This document shows, in pieces, positions 41,704 through 50,989 of a DNA stretch of 64,000 bases (the first letter of the stretch is position 1; each line of letters opens with the position of its first letter). A program made the position numbers and the translations under genes. Under the pieces are notes generated by a model that ran no database searches, was not told the DNA's origin, and worked only from the letters and a program-made list of their open reading frames with translations. This stretch comes from Flavobacteriales bacterium (GTDB lineage Bacteria; Bacteroidota; Bacteroidia; Flavobacteriales; Flavobacteriaceae). The stretch lies in NCBI GenBank assembly GCA_011524905.1, contig WTJI01000055.1, forward strand, positions 76,630 to 140,629. Direction: 5' to 3'.

Positions 41704-42792
41704 TTAGTTATCGGGACGTAGAATTTTTAAACTGCCATAGTCAGCTGTGACAGTCAGCATATTTGTTGAAGCTTCGTTACGGTAATATCCGAGGTATTGT
41801 TTTTCTGTATTGTCAAGTATTTCTTTTTTGTAAGTTATGGGTAGATCCGTTTTAAAACCCGCATATTCTAAATCCAAGTCAAAGTTAAAATCCCATTGTG
41901 GACTGATACCCAAACGGACAGAAGTATAATCTGATTTGACACGAATCGTTTCGGCTGTGGATTGAATATGATCGATTCGTATGGAGCCATAATCAGTTTC
42001 CAAATCAAGCTGTTTTTGTATTGAGCCAAAGCGAAGTGTGATATAATCACCATTGCCGAACACCTTCTCAGCCTGGTTAACTGTCAATTTGCCATAATCA
42101 GTATTAAAATCCAAATGGCCTACTTTTTCAATTTTTGAACTGGTATAATCGGCTTTCAATTCCAAGCGGTTGGCCACACCCAATTCAAAGCCAGAATAGT
42201 CAGCATGTATGGTTCCAATATTGATATAATCAATACTAGAGTTCGAGCTGTAATCAAAGGAAAGTGTGTTTTTTTCGCCCCGTAGTTCTCCTATAATAAC
42301 TTGACCATAGTCACAATGGATTGCCGTGTTTCCGTCTATTTTATCCAAGATGACGGCCCCATAATCATTGCGCAGTTCTAGGGCATTGTTTCTAGGCATT
42401 TTAATATCATAATTTATTTCAAAGTCGGTCTGTTGATAGCTGCCAAACCATGACCATTGCCAATTTTTTTCAATGATGGTTTTTGCAGAGACCTTGTCGG
42501 GATTGTTTTGAAACTGAATGGAAATACTTTCTAAACGTTCGTCGATCTTTTTTTGACTACGACCACTAACTTTTATAGTGATGTCAATTACAACTTGATT
42601 ATTTTCCCAAGTAATTATATTAACATCCCCAAAGCTATTGTTGATTTCTACTAGTGCATTTGGGTTGACTTCAAACGCTTTATGTACTGATTTTTCTACT
42701 TTTTCTTTTGAGAAAAAACTATTCTTTGCTGTGACCATCAGAGGGAAGCAAAGCAACAAAAGCGAGGTCGATTTATAATAGTTCTGTTTCAT
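41704..42792 (-). CDS. Secreted DUF4097-like repeat protein (putative adhesin / beta-solenoid)
   Basis: Signal peptide, then about 11 repeats centred on DY(G/S/T) every 18-22 aa (NDYGAVIL, CDYGQVII, TDYGKLTV, TDYGSIRI, ADYGSLKI and others). Confidence 0.65.
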   Translation of the reverse strand: MKQNYYKSTSLLLLCFPLMVTAKNSFFSKEKVEKSVHKAFEVNPNALVEINNSFGDVNIITWENNQVVIDITIKVSGRSQKKIDERLESISIQFQNNPDKVSAKTIIEKNWQWSWFGSYQQTDFEINYDIKMPRNNALELRNDYGAVILDKIDGNTAIHCDYGQVIIGELRGEKNTLSFDYSSNSSIDYINIGTIHADYSGFELGVANRLELKADYTSSKIEKVGHLDFNTDYGKLTVNQAEKVFGNGDYITLRFGSIQKQLDLETDYGSIRIDHIQSTAETIRVKSDYTSVRLGISPQWDFNFDLDLEYAGFKTDLPITYKKEILDNTEKQYLGYYRNEASTNMLTVTADYGSLKILRPDN

Positions 42793-43288
42793 CGTTTTGC
42801 ACATTAAGGATTTCTATTTGTTGATTTAAATCTTGAAGGATTTCTAATTGCTTTTGTAGGTTGGTTATCATAGCATTCAATAGTTTAGGGTGATCAGTAC
42901 CATTCTGAAATTGCTCCATTTGGATTTGATATTGTTGTTGTAAACGTTTCATTTGCTTTTGAGCCGCTTGAATAGGAATAGTATAGCTTGCATTTTCTTG
43001 TGGTAAGTTATCCCATTGATCTTGAATAAGCGTTTGAAAATATACTTCTGTTTGGTAAAATTGATTTAATTCTGCTGAAGCAGTTTTTGTACTATTCAAA
43101 TAAGCACCTCCCAAACTGACCAATACTAAAACCATGACCGCTATTCGCAAACCGGCACGTTGTCTCTTATCTTGCCTTTCGGCTGCAAGTTTGTCAAGAA
43201 ATCGCAGGTCATGGCCTTTGGGTAGCTCTGCCTCGGGGCGAAGTGCGTCGAACCATTCTTTTAAGTGATCAGAGTGGTCTTGTTTCAT
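42773..43288 (-). CDS. Membrane-anchored anti-sigma-like protein with a coiled-coil ectodomain
   Basis: 171 aa with a single TM helix (IAVMVLVLVSLGGAYL). ATGA overlap with the ECF sigma gene. No zf-HC2 motif is visible. Confidence 0.45.
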   Translation of the reverse strand: MKQDHSDHLKEWFDALRPEAELPKGHDLRFLDKLAAERQDKRQRAGLRIAVMVLVLVSLGGAYLNSTKTASAELNQFYQTEVYFQTLIQDQWDNLPQENASYTIPIQAAQKQMKRLQQQYQIQMEQFQNGTDHPKLLNAMITNLQKQLEILQDLNQQIEILNVQNDETELL

Positions 43289-43815
43289 ATTGTTAGGAGT
43301 TTAGTTAGTTTGTTTTTGGCGCGTGATACCCGCGTGCGACAGTTGGCATAGCTGATGTTTAAAATTGAAGACAACTCTTTATGGTCATAGCCTTCCAGGT
43401 AAAATAGTTTTATTAGTAACCGGTCTTTTGGTTTTAACTGTAATAAAGCCTTTTCTAACAATAATTTTCTATCATTATTTGGAACGGTCGTTTCTTCTTC
43501 AGTTTGTTTACTGATTTGGTCTTCTGTCAATAAGACCATTTTGTGTTTTTGATGGTAGTACTCATAACTTTTTCGGACGACTATTTTCTTCAGCCAACCG
43601 CCAAAACTATTCGTCTGCTGGTATTGATCCAATTTTCGAAAGGCGATGATAAAGCCCTCTTGTGTAGCTTCTTCTGCCAAAACGGTGTCTTGCAATATGG
43701 GAAGCGCAGTGTTATACATAGCATTACAGTAACGGTTATATAATTCGAACTGGGCTTGCTGATTGTTTTTTTTGCATAGCATTATCAATTCGTCAGTATG
43801 TAATGATTTAACCAT
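43285..43815 (-). CDS. ECF-type RNA polymerase sigma-70 family factor
   Basis: 176 aa with region 2 (FGGWLKKIVVRKSYEYY) and region 4 (HKELSSILNISYANCRTRVSRAKNKL). Confidence 0.85.
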   Translation of the reverse strand: MVKSLHTDELIMLCKKNNQQAQFELYNRYCNAMYNTALPILQDTVLAEEATQEGFIIAFRKLDQYQQTNSFGGWLKKIVVRKSYEYYHQKHKMVLLTEDQISKQTEEETTVPNNDRKLLLEKALLQLKPKDRLLIKLFYLEGYDHKELSSILNISYANCRTRVSRAKNKLTKLLTI

Positions 43816-44006
43816 TTATGAGACAACGATTATAATTTAAAGAGGGTGTTGAAAAAAGATTGTTACACTTTTTATAAAAATAACAAATGGCACAGAGATT
43901 GAACTATAGTATTAAGAATTATGAAATAAGAAGATCATCAGGACTACCGTTTGATTACGAGGCACAAAAAGCTAGTTTGATGACAGTATGACGTGAAAAT
44001 TTATAT

Positions 44007-46457
44007 ATGGCCAAATCAATACTAAAGACCCTTGACAATTTGTCACTACAGGATATCGAAGCCGATGCGGATTTGATACCCTTAATGACTAGTGAAGACG
44101 AAGAAGAGCTTCAAAAAGAATCCCTTCCAGAATCAGTTCCTATTTTACCATTAAAAAATACGGTATTGTTTCCTGGTGTAGTCATCCCCATTACTGTGGG
44201 AAGGGACAAGTCAATTCAATTGATCAAGGATGCTAATAATGATGATAAAGTCGTTGGAGTAGTGGCACAAAAAGATGCTGCTGAAGAAAATCCTACTGCT
44301 AAGGATTTATATCAATTAGGGACCGTCGCGCAAATTCTACGTTTACTCAAAATGCCAGACGGTAATACTACTGTTATTATTCAAGGCAAAAAGCGCTTTG
44401 AAATCAATGAGATACTTCAAGAAGAACCCTACATCAAAGCTAAAATACACGAAGTTAACGATGCTGTACCTACAGATAATAATGAAGAATTTACAGCTAT
44501 CATTGATTCAATTAAAGAAAAAGCACTTCAGATTATCCGAGAGAACCCAAACCTTCCCTCTGAAGCCTCGTTTGCCATAAAAAATATTCAAAGTGCTTCT
44601 TTTTTAATCAATTTTGTTTCCTCAAATCTCAATTTAGAAGTAGCAGAAAAGCAGAAAATTCTTGCGCTTAGAAGTTTGAAAGAGCGCGCATTGGCTTGTT
44701 TGAAGCAAATGGATTTAGAATATCAAAAGCTTTTACTGAAAAACGATATCCAGTCGAAAGTTCACAATGATCTGGACCAACAGCAAAGAGAGTACTACCT
44801 ACACCAACAGTTGAAAACCATCCAAGAAGAATTGGGTGGCGTTTCCTATGAAGAAGAAGTTGAGGAAATGAAAGCCCGTGCATTGGAAAAGAAATGGGAC
44901 GAAGAGACCCAGGCTCATTTTTTCAAGGAGCTAGGGCGGATGCAACGAATGAACCCGCAAGTGGCTGAATATTCTATTCAACGCTCTTATTTAGACTTAT
45001 TTCTTGAGTTACCTTGGAATGAATTTTCCGAAGATCAGTTTGACCTAAAAAAAGCACAAAAGATCTTGGATCGTGATCATTCGGGATTGGAAGAAGTAAA
45101 AAAGCGTATCATTGAATACTTGGCTGTTCTAAAGTTGCGTAATGATATGAAATCACCAATTTTGTGTTTGTATGGTCCGCCGGGGGTAGGAAAAACATCG
45201 TTGGGTAAGTCCATAGCCGAAGCGCTTGGGCGTTCTTATGTTCGCATGGCTTTGGGCGGTATGCGAGATGAAGGCGAAATTAGAGGTCACAGAAAAACAT
45301 ACATTGGTGCGTTACCAGGACGAATTATCCAGAGTCTCAAAAAAGCCAAGACCGCCAACCCTGTTTTTGTATTAGATGAAATTGATAAGCTCAATCAGAG
45401 CCTCCAAGGCGACCCAGCCGCAGCTTTGCTTGAGGTGTTGGACCCTGAGCAAAATAATTCTTTTTACGACAATTATCTCGAACATGGATTTGATTTATCG
45501 AAGGTGATGTTTATTGCCACCGCCAACAGCTTGGCCCCGATTCACCCAGCCCTGCGTGATAGAATGGAAATCATCAATGTTAGTGGTTATACAGTTGAGG
45601 AGAAAACCCAAATTGCACAGAAACATTTACTCCCCAAACAATTACAAGAACACGGTCTCGATAAAAAACGTTTAAAAATCAATAAACCAGTTCTGGAAAG
45701 TATAGTTGATGGCTATACTCGGGAATCTGGAGTTCGTGGATTGGATAAGCAAATGGCTAAAATGGTTCGTTATGCCGCTAAGTCCATTGCTATGGAAGAA
45801 GATTACATTCAAGTACCCGCAGTAACTGATCTTCCCGAAATTCTTGGTCCGGCTAAAGTTCATCGTGATTTATATGAAAACAATCAGATTGCAGGGGTGG
45901 TAACTGGATTGGCTTGGACGGCTGTTGGCGGCGATATATTGTTTATCGAGTCGGCTTTATCGCCCGGAAAAGGCAACTTAAATATTACGGGAAATCTTGG
46001 GAAGATTATGAAAGAATCAGCGACCATCGCTCGCGAGTATATCAAAGCCAATGCAACCCGATTGGGTCTAAACGGATTTTCTTTTGACAAATATGATATT
46101 CATATCCATGTACCCGAGGGCGCCACACCAAAAGATGGACCTAGTGCTGGAATCACCCTACTTACCTCTTTGGTCTCTCTAATCACACAAAGAAGAGTGA
46201 AAAATAAATTGGCGATGACTGGTGAAATTACGCTTCGGGGTAAAGTTTTGCCCGTAGGAGGAATTAAAGAGAAAATTTTAGCAGCTAAGAGAGCAAAAAT
46301 TAAAGAAATTATTTTGTCTGAGTCCAATCGAAAAGATATTGATGAAATACATACTAAGTACTTGAAAGGTTTACAATTTCATTTTGTATCCAAAATGGAA
46401 GAGGTAATTGACCTGGCCATTACACCTCAAAAAGTTAAGTATGCCAAAAAACTGTAA
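44007..46457 (+). CDS. lon: ATP-dependent Lon protease (LonA)
   Basis: 816 aa. LON N-domain, Walker A GPPGVGKTS, and the protease Ser motif PKDGPSAG. Confidence 0.97.
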   Translation: MAKSILKTLDNLSLQDIEADADLIPLMTSEDEEELQKESLPESVPILPLKNTVLFPGVVIPITVGRDKSIQLIKDANNDDKVVGVVAQKDAAEENPTAKDLYQLGTVAQILRLLKMPDGNTTVIIQGKKRFEINEILQEEPYIKAKIHEVNDAVPTDNNEEFTAIIDSIKEKALQIIRENPNLPSEASFAIKNIQSASFLINFVSSNLNLEVAEKQKILALRSLKERALACLKQMDLEYQKLLLKNDIQSKVHNDLDQQQREYYLHQQLKTIQEELGGVSYEEEVEEMKARALEKKWDEETQAHFFKELGRMQRMNPQVAEYSIQRSYLDLFLELPWNEFSEDQFDLKKAQKILDRDHSGLEEVKKRIIEYLAVLKLRNDMKSPILCLYGPPGVGKTSLGKSIAEALGRSYVRMALGGMRDEGEIRGHRKTYIGALPGRIIQSLKKAKTANPVFVLDEIDKLNQSLQGDPAAALLEVLDPEQNNSFYDNYLEHGFDLSKVMFIATANSLAPIHPALRDRMEIINVSGYTVEEKTQIAQKHLLPKQLQEHGLDKKRLKINKPVLESIVDGYTRESGVRGLDKQMAKMVRYAAKSIAMEEDYIQVPAVTDLPEILGPAKVHRDLYENNQIAGVVTGLAWTAVGGDILFIESALSPGKGNLNITGNLGKIMKESATIAREYIKANATRLGLNGFSFDKYDIHIHVPEGATPKDGPSAGITLLTSLVSLITQRRVKNKLAMTGEITLRGKVLPVGGIKEKILAAKRAKIKEIILSESNRKDIDEIHTKYLKGLQFHFVSKMEEVIDLAITPQKVKYAKKL

Positions 46458-46460
46458 GTC

Positions 46461-47123
46461 TTGAAAGATAAAACAAAGGTAATAGCCATCGACGGTGCTG
46501 CAGCTACAGGCAAAAGCACCCTTGCTAAAATCCTAGCAACTGATCTGGGTTATGTCTATATGGACACCGGCCTAATGTTTCGTGCGCTCACTTATGAAGC
46601 CTTGCAGCGAAATATAATTCATGAAGGTGGGATGGATCATGAGGCCTTGCTTCATTTTCTTAGTGATAGTCGGTTCGATTGGAAAAATGACCAACTGGCG
46701 CTCAATGAACAGCTATATGGGGATGAAATTAGAACACTAAAGGTTTCAGAAGAAGTAAGTAACGTAGCTGCGCAAGAGGTCATTAGAAAATTCACTTTGG
46801 AGAATCAACGTCGTCTAGCAGCAGACAAAAATATTGTTATGGACGGAAGAGATATTGGCAGCGTAGTCTTTCCGGATGCTAATCACAAGTTTTTTTTACA
46901 GGCTACCCCAGAAGTACGGGCAGAAAGACGTTGGCAAGAATTACAACAAAAAGGAGAACAGGTTACCTTAAATAGCGTCTTAGAGAATGTAAGACTACGC
47001 GATAAAAAAGATAGCGAACGCAAACACGCCCCATTAAAACAAGCTGCAGATGCCATATTAATTGACACCACTCAAAAAAGCATCACAGATGTACTTGATT
47101 TGATGAAATCTTATATCGATTAG
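46461..47123 (+). CDS. cmk: (d)CMP kinase
   Basis: 220 aa, IAIDGAAATGKST...YMDTGLMFRA. TTG start. Confidence 0.92.
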   Translation: MKDKTKVIAIDGAAATGKSTLAKILATDLGYVYMDTGLMFRALTYEALQRNIIHEGGMDHEALLHFLSDSRFDWKNDQLALNEQLYGDEIRTLKVSEEVSNVAAQEVIRKFTLENQRRLAADKNIVMDGRDIGSVVFPDANHKFFLQATPEVRAERRWQELQQKGEQVTLNSVLENVRLRDKKDSERKHAPLKQAADAILIDTTQKSITDVLDLMKSYID

Positions 47124-47162
47124 TTTTTTTCAAGAAATCCTTGTCAATCAATCAAATACCCT

Positions 47163-47170
47163 TACATTTG
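47163..47170 (+). promoter_or_regulatory. Bacteroidota -7 promoter box (TACATTTG) for rpsA
   Basis: Leaves a leader of roughly 105-110 nt before ATG 47284. Confidence 0.5.
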
Positions 47171-47223
47171 CGCACTCTTTGGTGATTGAGAAGCAGCAAG
47201 AGTATCAAACATTAAACAACAGC

Positions 47224-47264
47224 TTTCAAGAATTTCACTGTAAAGCCGCTTCAATTTCTTGAAA
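47224..47264 (+). promoter_or_regulatory. Stem-loop in the rpsA 5' leader (candidate translational operator)
   Basis: A 9-bp perfect stem, TTTCAAGAA (47224-47232) paired with TTCTTGAAA (47256-47264), and a 23-nt loop. It ends 20 nt before the AUG and has no U run, so it is not a terminator. Confidence 0.4.
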
Positions 47265-47283
47265 TACAAACTACATATCAGCC

Positions 47284-49110
47284 ATGGCTGAAGAAAAACA
47301 ACCCACCACAGCTGCCGATGAATCAGCAGCAGTAACCCCAAATGAATCAGTAGCTGCGCCCGCAGCAGAAACTTCTCCAGACGAATTTTTAGCCAATTTT
47401 AATTGGCATCACTACGAAGAAGGAATTGATGTTGTTGAAGACAAGCAGTTAGAGGAATTTGAAAATCTAGTCAAAGAAAATTTTGTCGATACTGCCGATG
47501 AAGATGTTATCGAAGGGGAAGTAGTTTACTTGACTGATCGTGAGGCAATTATTGATATAAACGCAAAGTCTGAGGGTGTGATTTCTCTCAATGAGTTTCG
47601 CTACAATCCTGATCTGAAAGTAGGAGACAAAGTAGAAGTTATAGTCGATACCCGCGAAGACCGAACAGGTCAGTTGGTTCTATCGCACCGTAAGGCTCGT
47701 GTTATTAAAGCCTGGGATCGTGTTAATAATGCGCACGATAATGGTGAAATAGTAAACGGTTTTGTGAAGTGTAGAACAAAAGGAGGAATGATTGTCGATG
47801 TATTTGGTATTGAAGCTTTCCTTCCAGGTTCACAAATTGACGTTAAACCGATCCGTGATTACGATCAGTATGTCAACAAGACCATGGAGTTTAAAGTGGT
47901 TAAAATCAACCACGAATTCAAAAATGTTGTTGTATCCCACAAAGCATTGATTGAAGCAGATATTGAAGAACAGAAAAAAGAAATCATCGGTCAATTAGAA
48001 AAAGGGCAAGTATTGGAAGGAACTGTCAAAAACATCACTTCCTATGGTGTCTTTATCGATTTGGGCGGTGTAGATGGTCTTATCCATATTACAGATTTAT
48101 CTTGGAGTCGAATTAACCATCCAAGTGAAATACTTGAATTAGACCAACAGCTCAATGTTGTAATTTTAGATTTTGATGACAACAAGTCTCGCATCCAATT
48201 GGGTCTCAAGCAATTGAGTGAACATCCTTGGGATGCTCTGGCCGATAACATCAAAGAAGGTGAAAAAGTAAAAGGTAAAGTTGTTGTTATTGCCGATTAC
48301 GGAGCTTTTGTAGAAATAGAAGATGGTGTTGAGGGATTGGTTCATGTTTCTGAAATGTCATGGTCCACACATCTTCGTTCAGCTCAAGATTTTGTTAGTG
48401 TTGGCGATGAGGTCGAAGCTGTCATTCTATCACTTGATCGTGAAACCCGTAAAATGTCATTGGGTATCAAGCAAATTACACCAGACCCATGGACAGATAT
48501 TACATCTAAATATCCTGTTGGTTCTAAGCATACAGGAACCGTTCGCAACTTCACCAACTTCGGTGTTTTTGTAGAATTGGAAGAGGGAATCGACGGATTG
48601 GTTTACATTTCCGACCTGTCTTGGACCAAAAAAGTAAAGCACCCTTCTGAGATGATGGCCATTGGTGATAGTCTAGAGGTAGTAGTTTTGGAACTGGATG
48701 TAGAAGGTCGCAAATTGAGTTTGGGTCACAAACAGACCAAAGACAACCCTTGGGACAAATACGAAGACGAATTTGCGGTAGATACGGTTCACAAAGCAGC
48801 TATCACAGAAGTTGTTGACAAAGGGGCTACTATCCAATTTAACCAGGATATTGTTGCTTTTGTTCCTTCGCGACATTTGGAAAAAGAAGATGGCTCGAAG
48901 CTAGGCAAAGGAGAAGAAGCAGAATTCAAAGTCATTGAATTTAGCAAAGACTTCAAGCGCGTTGTTGTTTCACACACAGCTATTTTCCGTGAGCAAGAAC
49001 GTAACAACCTCAAAAAAGCCGCCAAAAAAGTAGCTGCTTCAAACAGTGAAAAAACTACTTTAGGTGACATCGATGCGCTAGCAGATCTTAAGAAAAAAAT
49101 GAAAGATTGA
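47284..49110 (+). CDS. rpsA: 30S ribosomal protein S1
   Basis: 608 aa. Six S1 repeats follow an acidic, Ala-rich N-terminal extension. Confidence 0.97.
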   Translation: MAEEKQPTTAADESAAVTPNESVAAPAAETSPDEFLANFNWHHYEEGIDVVEDKQLEEFENLVKENFVDTADEDVIEGEVVYLTDREAIIDINAKSEGVISLNEFRYNPDLKVGDKVEVIVDTREDRTGQLVLSHRKARVIKAWDRVNNAHDNGEIVNGFVKCRTKGGMIVDVFGIEAFLPGSQIDVKPIRDYDQYVNKTMEFKVVKINHEFKNVVVSHKALIEADIEEQKKEIIGQLEKGQVLEGTVKNITSYGVFIDLGGVDGLIHITDLSWSRINHPSEILELDQQLNVVILDFDDNKSRIQLGLKQLSEHPWDALADNIKEGEKVKGKVVVIADYGAFVEIEDGVEGLVHVSEMSWSTHLRSAQDFVSVGDEVEAVILSLDRETRKMSLGIKQITPDPWTDITSKYPVGSKHTGTVRNFTNFGVFVELEEGIDGLVYISDLSWTKKVKHPSEMMAIGDSLEVVVLELDVEGRKLSLGHKQTKDNPWDKYEDEFAVDTVHKAAITEVVDKGATIQFNQDIVAFVPSRHLEKEDGSKLGKGEEAEFKVIEFSKDFKRVVVSHTAIFREQERNNLKKAAKKVAASNSEKTTLGDIDALADLKKKMKD

Positions 49111-49131
49111 TTTTTTTTGAGTGATAATATG

Positions 49132-49161
49132 AAAGCCTTTCCTAGCGGGAAGGCTTTTTTA
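49132..49161 (+). terminator. Rho-independent terminator after rpsA
   Basis: AAAGCCUUUCC-UAGC-GGGAAGGCUUU plus UUUUU. Confidence 0.75.
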
Positions 49162-49180
49162 TTTCCATTCATTTTTTTGA

Positions 49181-49188
49181 TACTTTTG
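49181..49188 (+). promoter_or_regulatory. Bacteroidota -7 promoter box (TACTTTTG) for pyrR
   Basis: 8 nt upstream of ATG 49197. Confidence 0.5.
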
Positions 49189-49196
49189 TAATCCGA

Positions 49197-49748
49197 ATGG
49201 ATAAGGCTTCCAAAATATTGTTGTCACCCCAAAAACTGGATGTAATTGTACAACGCCTAGCCTGTCAACTGTTAGAAAATCATTTAGACTTTAAAAATGT
49301 AGTGCTGATTGGATTACAACCCAGAGGGATCTACTTGTTAGATCGCTTATGTGCTCTCCTTCGATCAGAGCACGGGATCAAGTCAGTCGAGAGTGGGTAT
49401 TTAGACACCACATTTTTTAGAGACGATTTTCGTCGTACCCATAAAATTCTTACAGCTCAGCCCAATGAAATGAATATTCAAATCGAAGGTAAAGCTGTGG
49501 TGTTGATCGACGATGTTTTGTTTACGGGTCGTTCGATTCGAGCAGCTTTGACCGCCATTGACTCATATGGGCGTCCTAGTGCTGTTGAACTCATGGTTTT
49601 AATCGATCGCCGTTTTAGTCGTCACTTACCCATTCAACCCGACTATCTAGGTGCGCAAATAGATGCATTAGAAGGGGATAAAGTAAGGGTGAAATGGTCA
49701 GACAACAAAACAGAATGCCTCGTGTATTTAGAAAAAAATGAAGCATGA
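49197..49748 (+). CDS. pyrR: PyrR (pyr regulator / uracil phosphoribosyltransferase)
   Basis: 183 aa with the PRPP-binding motif VVLIDDVLFTGRS. Confidence 0.9.
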   Translation: MDKASKILLSPQKLDVIVQRLACQLLENHLDFKNVVLIGLQPRGIYLLDRLCALLRSEHGIKSVESGYLDTTFFRDDFRRTHKILTAQPNEMNIQIEGKAVVLIDDVLFTGRSIRAALTAIDSYGRPSAVELMVLIDRRFSRHLPIQPDYLGAQIDALEGDKVRVKWSDNKTECLVYLEKNEA

Positions 49749-50692
49749 GAAAATTGAGTGTTCATCATTTATTGGGTATCAAAGCACTGCAAGAAGAAGA
49801 TCTCCAGCTTATTTTTGAAACTGCACAACAGTTTAAAGAAGTTATCAATCGCCCTATCAAAAAAGTTCCCAGTTTAAGAGATGTAACTATCGCTAATATG
49901 TTTTTCGAAAACAGTACCCGAACCAAACTGTCTTTCGAATTGGCCGAAAAAAGATTGAGCGCCGATGTGGTAAATTTCTCTGCAGCTCAATCTTCTGTTA
50001 AAAAAGGCGAAACTTTGGTAGACACAGTTAATAACATTTTGGCCATGAAGGTTGATTTGGTAGTCATCCGACATCCTCATCCAGGTGCTGCTCAATTTTT
50101 ATCAGAAAGGGTATCCGCTTGTATTATAAATGCTGGTGATGGAACCCACGAACACCCAACACAAGCTTTGTTGGATGCATTCTCGCTAGAAGAAAAATTG
50201 GGAACCCTACAAGGAAAAAAAATCACCATAGTAGGCGATATACGTCACAGCAGGGTAGCCCTTTCAAATATCTTCGCTCTCCAATTGATGGGAGCAGAAG
50301 TCAGTTTATGTGGTCCTCCTTCTCTGATTCCCAAATACGCGACTACATTAGGAGTTACTGTAGAAACAGATTTGATGACTGCTCTTAAAAGTTCAGACGC
50401 TGTTAATATGCTTCGTGTTCAACATGAACGGATGGATGTGAGTTATTTTCCTTCGACACGAGAGTATGCGCTACAGTACGGATTAACATTGGATAAGCTT
50501 GAGGTGCTCAATAAAGAATTAATCATTTTGCATCCTGGACCCATCAATCGAGGGGTCGAGATTACCTCTGAAGTTGCTGACTCTGAACAGGCCATTATTT
50601 TGGATCAAGTTGAAAATGGCGTTGCTATTCGAATGGCAGTCATTTATTTATTAGCAGCACAATATTTACCCACACAAGCGCAATCGGCATGA
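49745..50692 (+). CDS. pyrB: Aspartate carbamoyltransferase catalytic subunit
   Basis: 315 aa, FFENSTRTKLSFE...HPTQALLD...HPGP. ATGA overlap with pyrR. Confidence 0.95.
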   Translation: MRKLSVHHLLGIKALQEEDLQLIFETAQQFKEVINRPIKKVPSLRDVTIANMFFENSTRTKLSFELAEKRLSADVVNFSAAQSSVKKGETLVDTVNNILAMKVDLVVIRHPHPGAAQFLSERVSACIINAGDGTHEHPTQALLDAFSLEEKLGTLQGKKITIVGDIRHSRVALSNIFALQLMGAEVSLCGPPSLIPKYATTLGVTVETDLMTALKSSDAVNMLRVQHERMDVSYFPSTREYALQYGLTLDKLEVLNKELIILHPGPINRGVEITSEVADSEQAIILDQVENGVAIRMAVIYLLAAQYLPTQAQSA

Positions 50693-50988
50693 AGAAAGAA
50701 GAAATACAAATCGTGACATTAGCAGCGGGGACAGACTTAAAAAAACTCAATATTTCCATTCAATACGATATCATATTTGATGCCACTGATATAGCGGTGT
50801 CTCGTTTATTTGTTGCGGCCTACAATCGTCTGTTAGAACAAATCAAATCAGACAATTATTCCCGAGTTTTGGTTGTCGATTCAAGTTATTTATCATTATT
50901 TACCGATGCTGATGCTGTTGTTCCAACCCTTGGTGAAGCCCATGATCTAATCGAAATGGAAAGAATAGAACGCGATTTGGGTTTTTAG
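50689..50988 (+). CDS. Hypothetical 99-aa acidic protein, translationally coupled to pyrB and abutting rnz
   Basis: ATGA overlap with the pyrB stop, and its own stop is 1 nt before the rnz ATG. No Cys, no signal peptide and no TM helix. I cannot assign a family. Confidence 0.5.
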   Translation: MKKEEIQIVTLAAGTDLKKLNISIQYDIIFDATDIAVSRLFVAAYNRLLEQIKSDNYSRVLVVDSSYLSLFTDADAVVPTLGEAHDLIEMERIERDLGF

Positions 50989-50989
50989 T

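Noticed and set aside
48789-49172. A 127-aa minus-strand ORF spans the 3' end of rpsA and its terminator.
   Set aside because: It is antisense to the S1 coding sequence and reads through the terminator hairpin. It has no promoter box and no motif, so it is most likely a shadow ORF.
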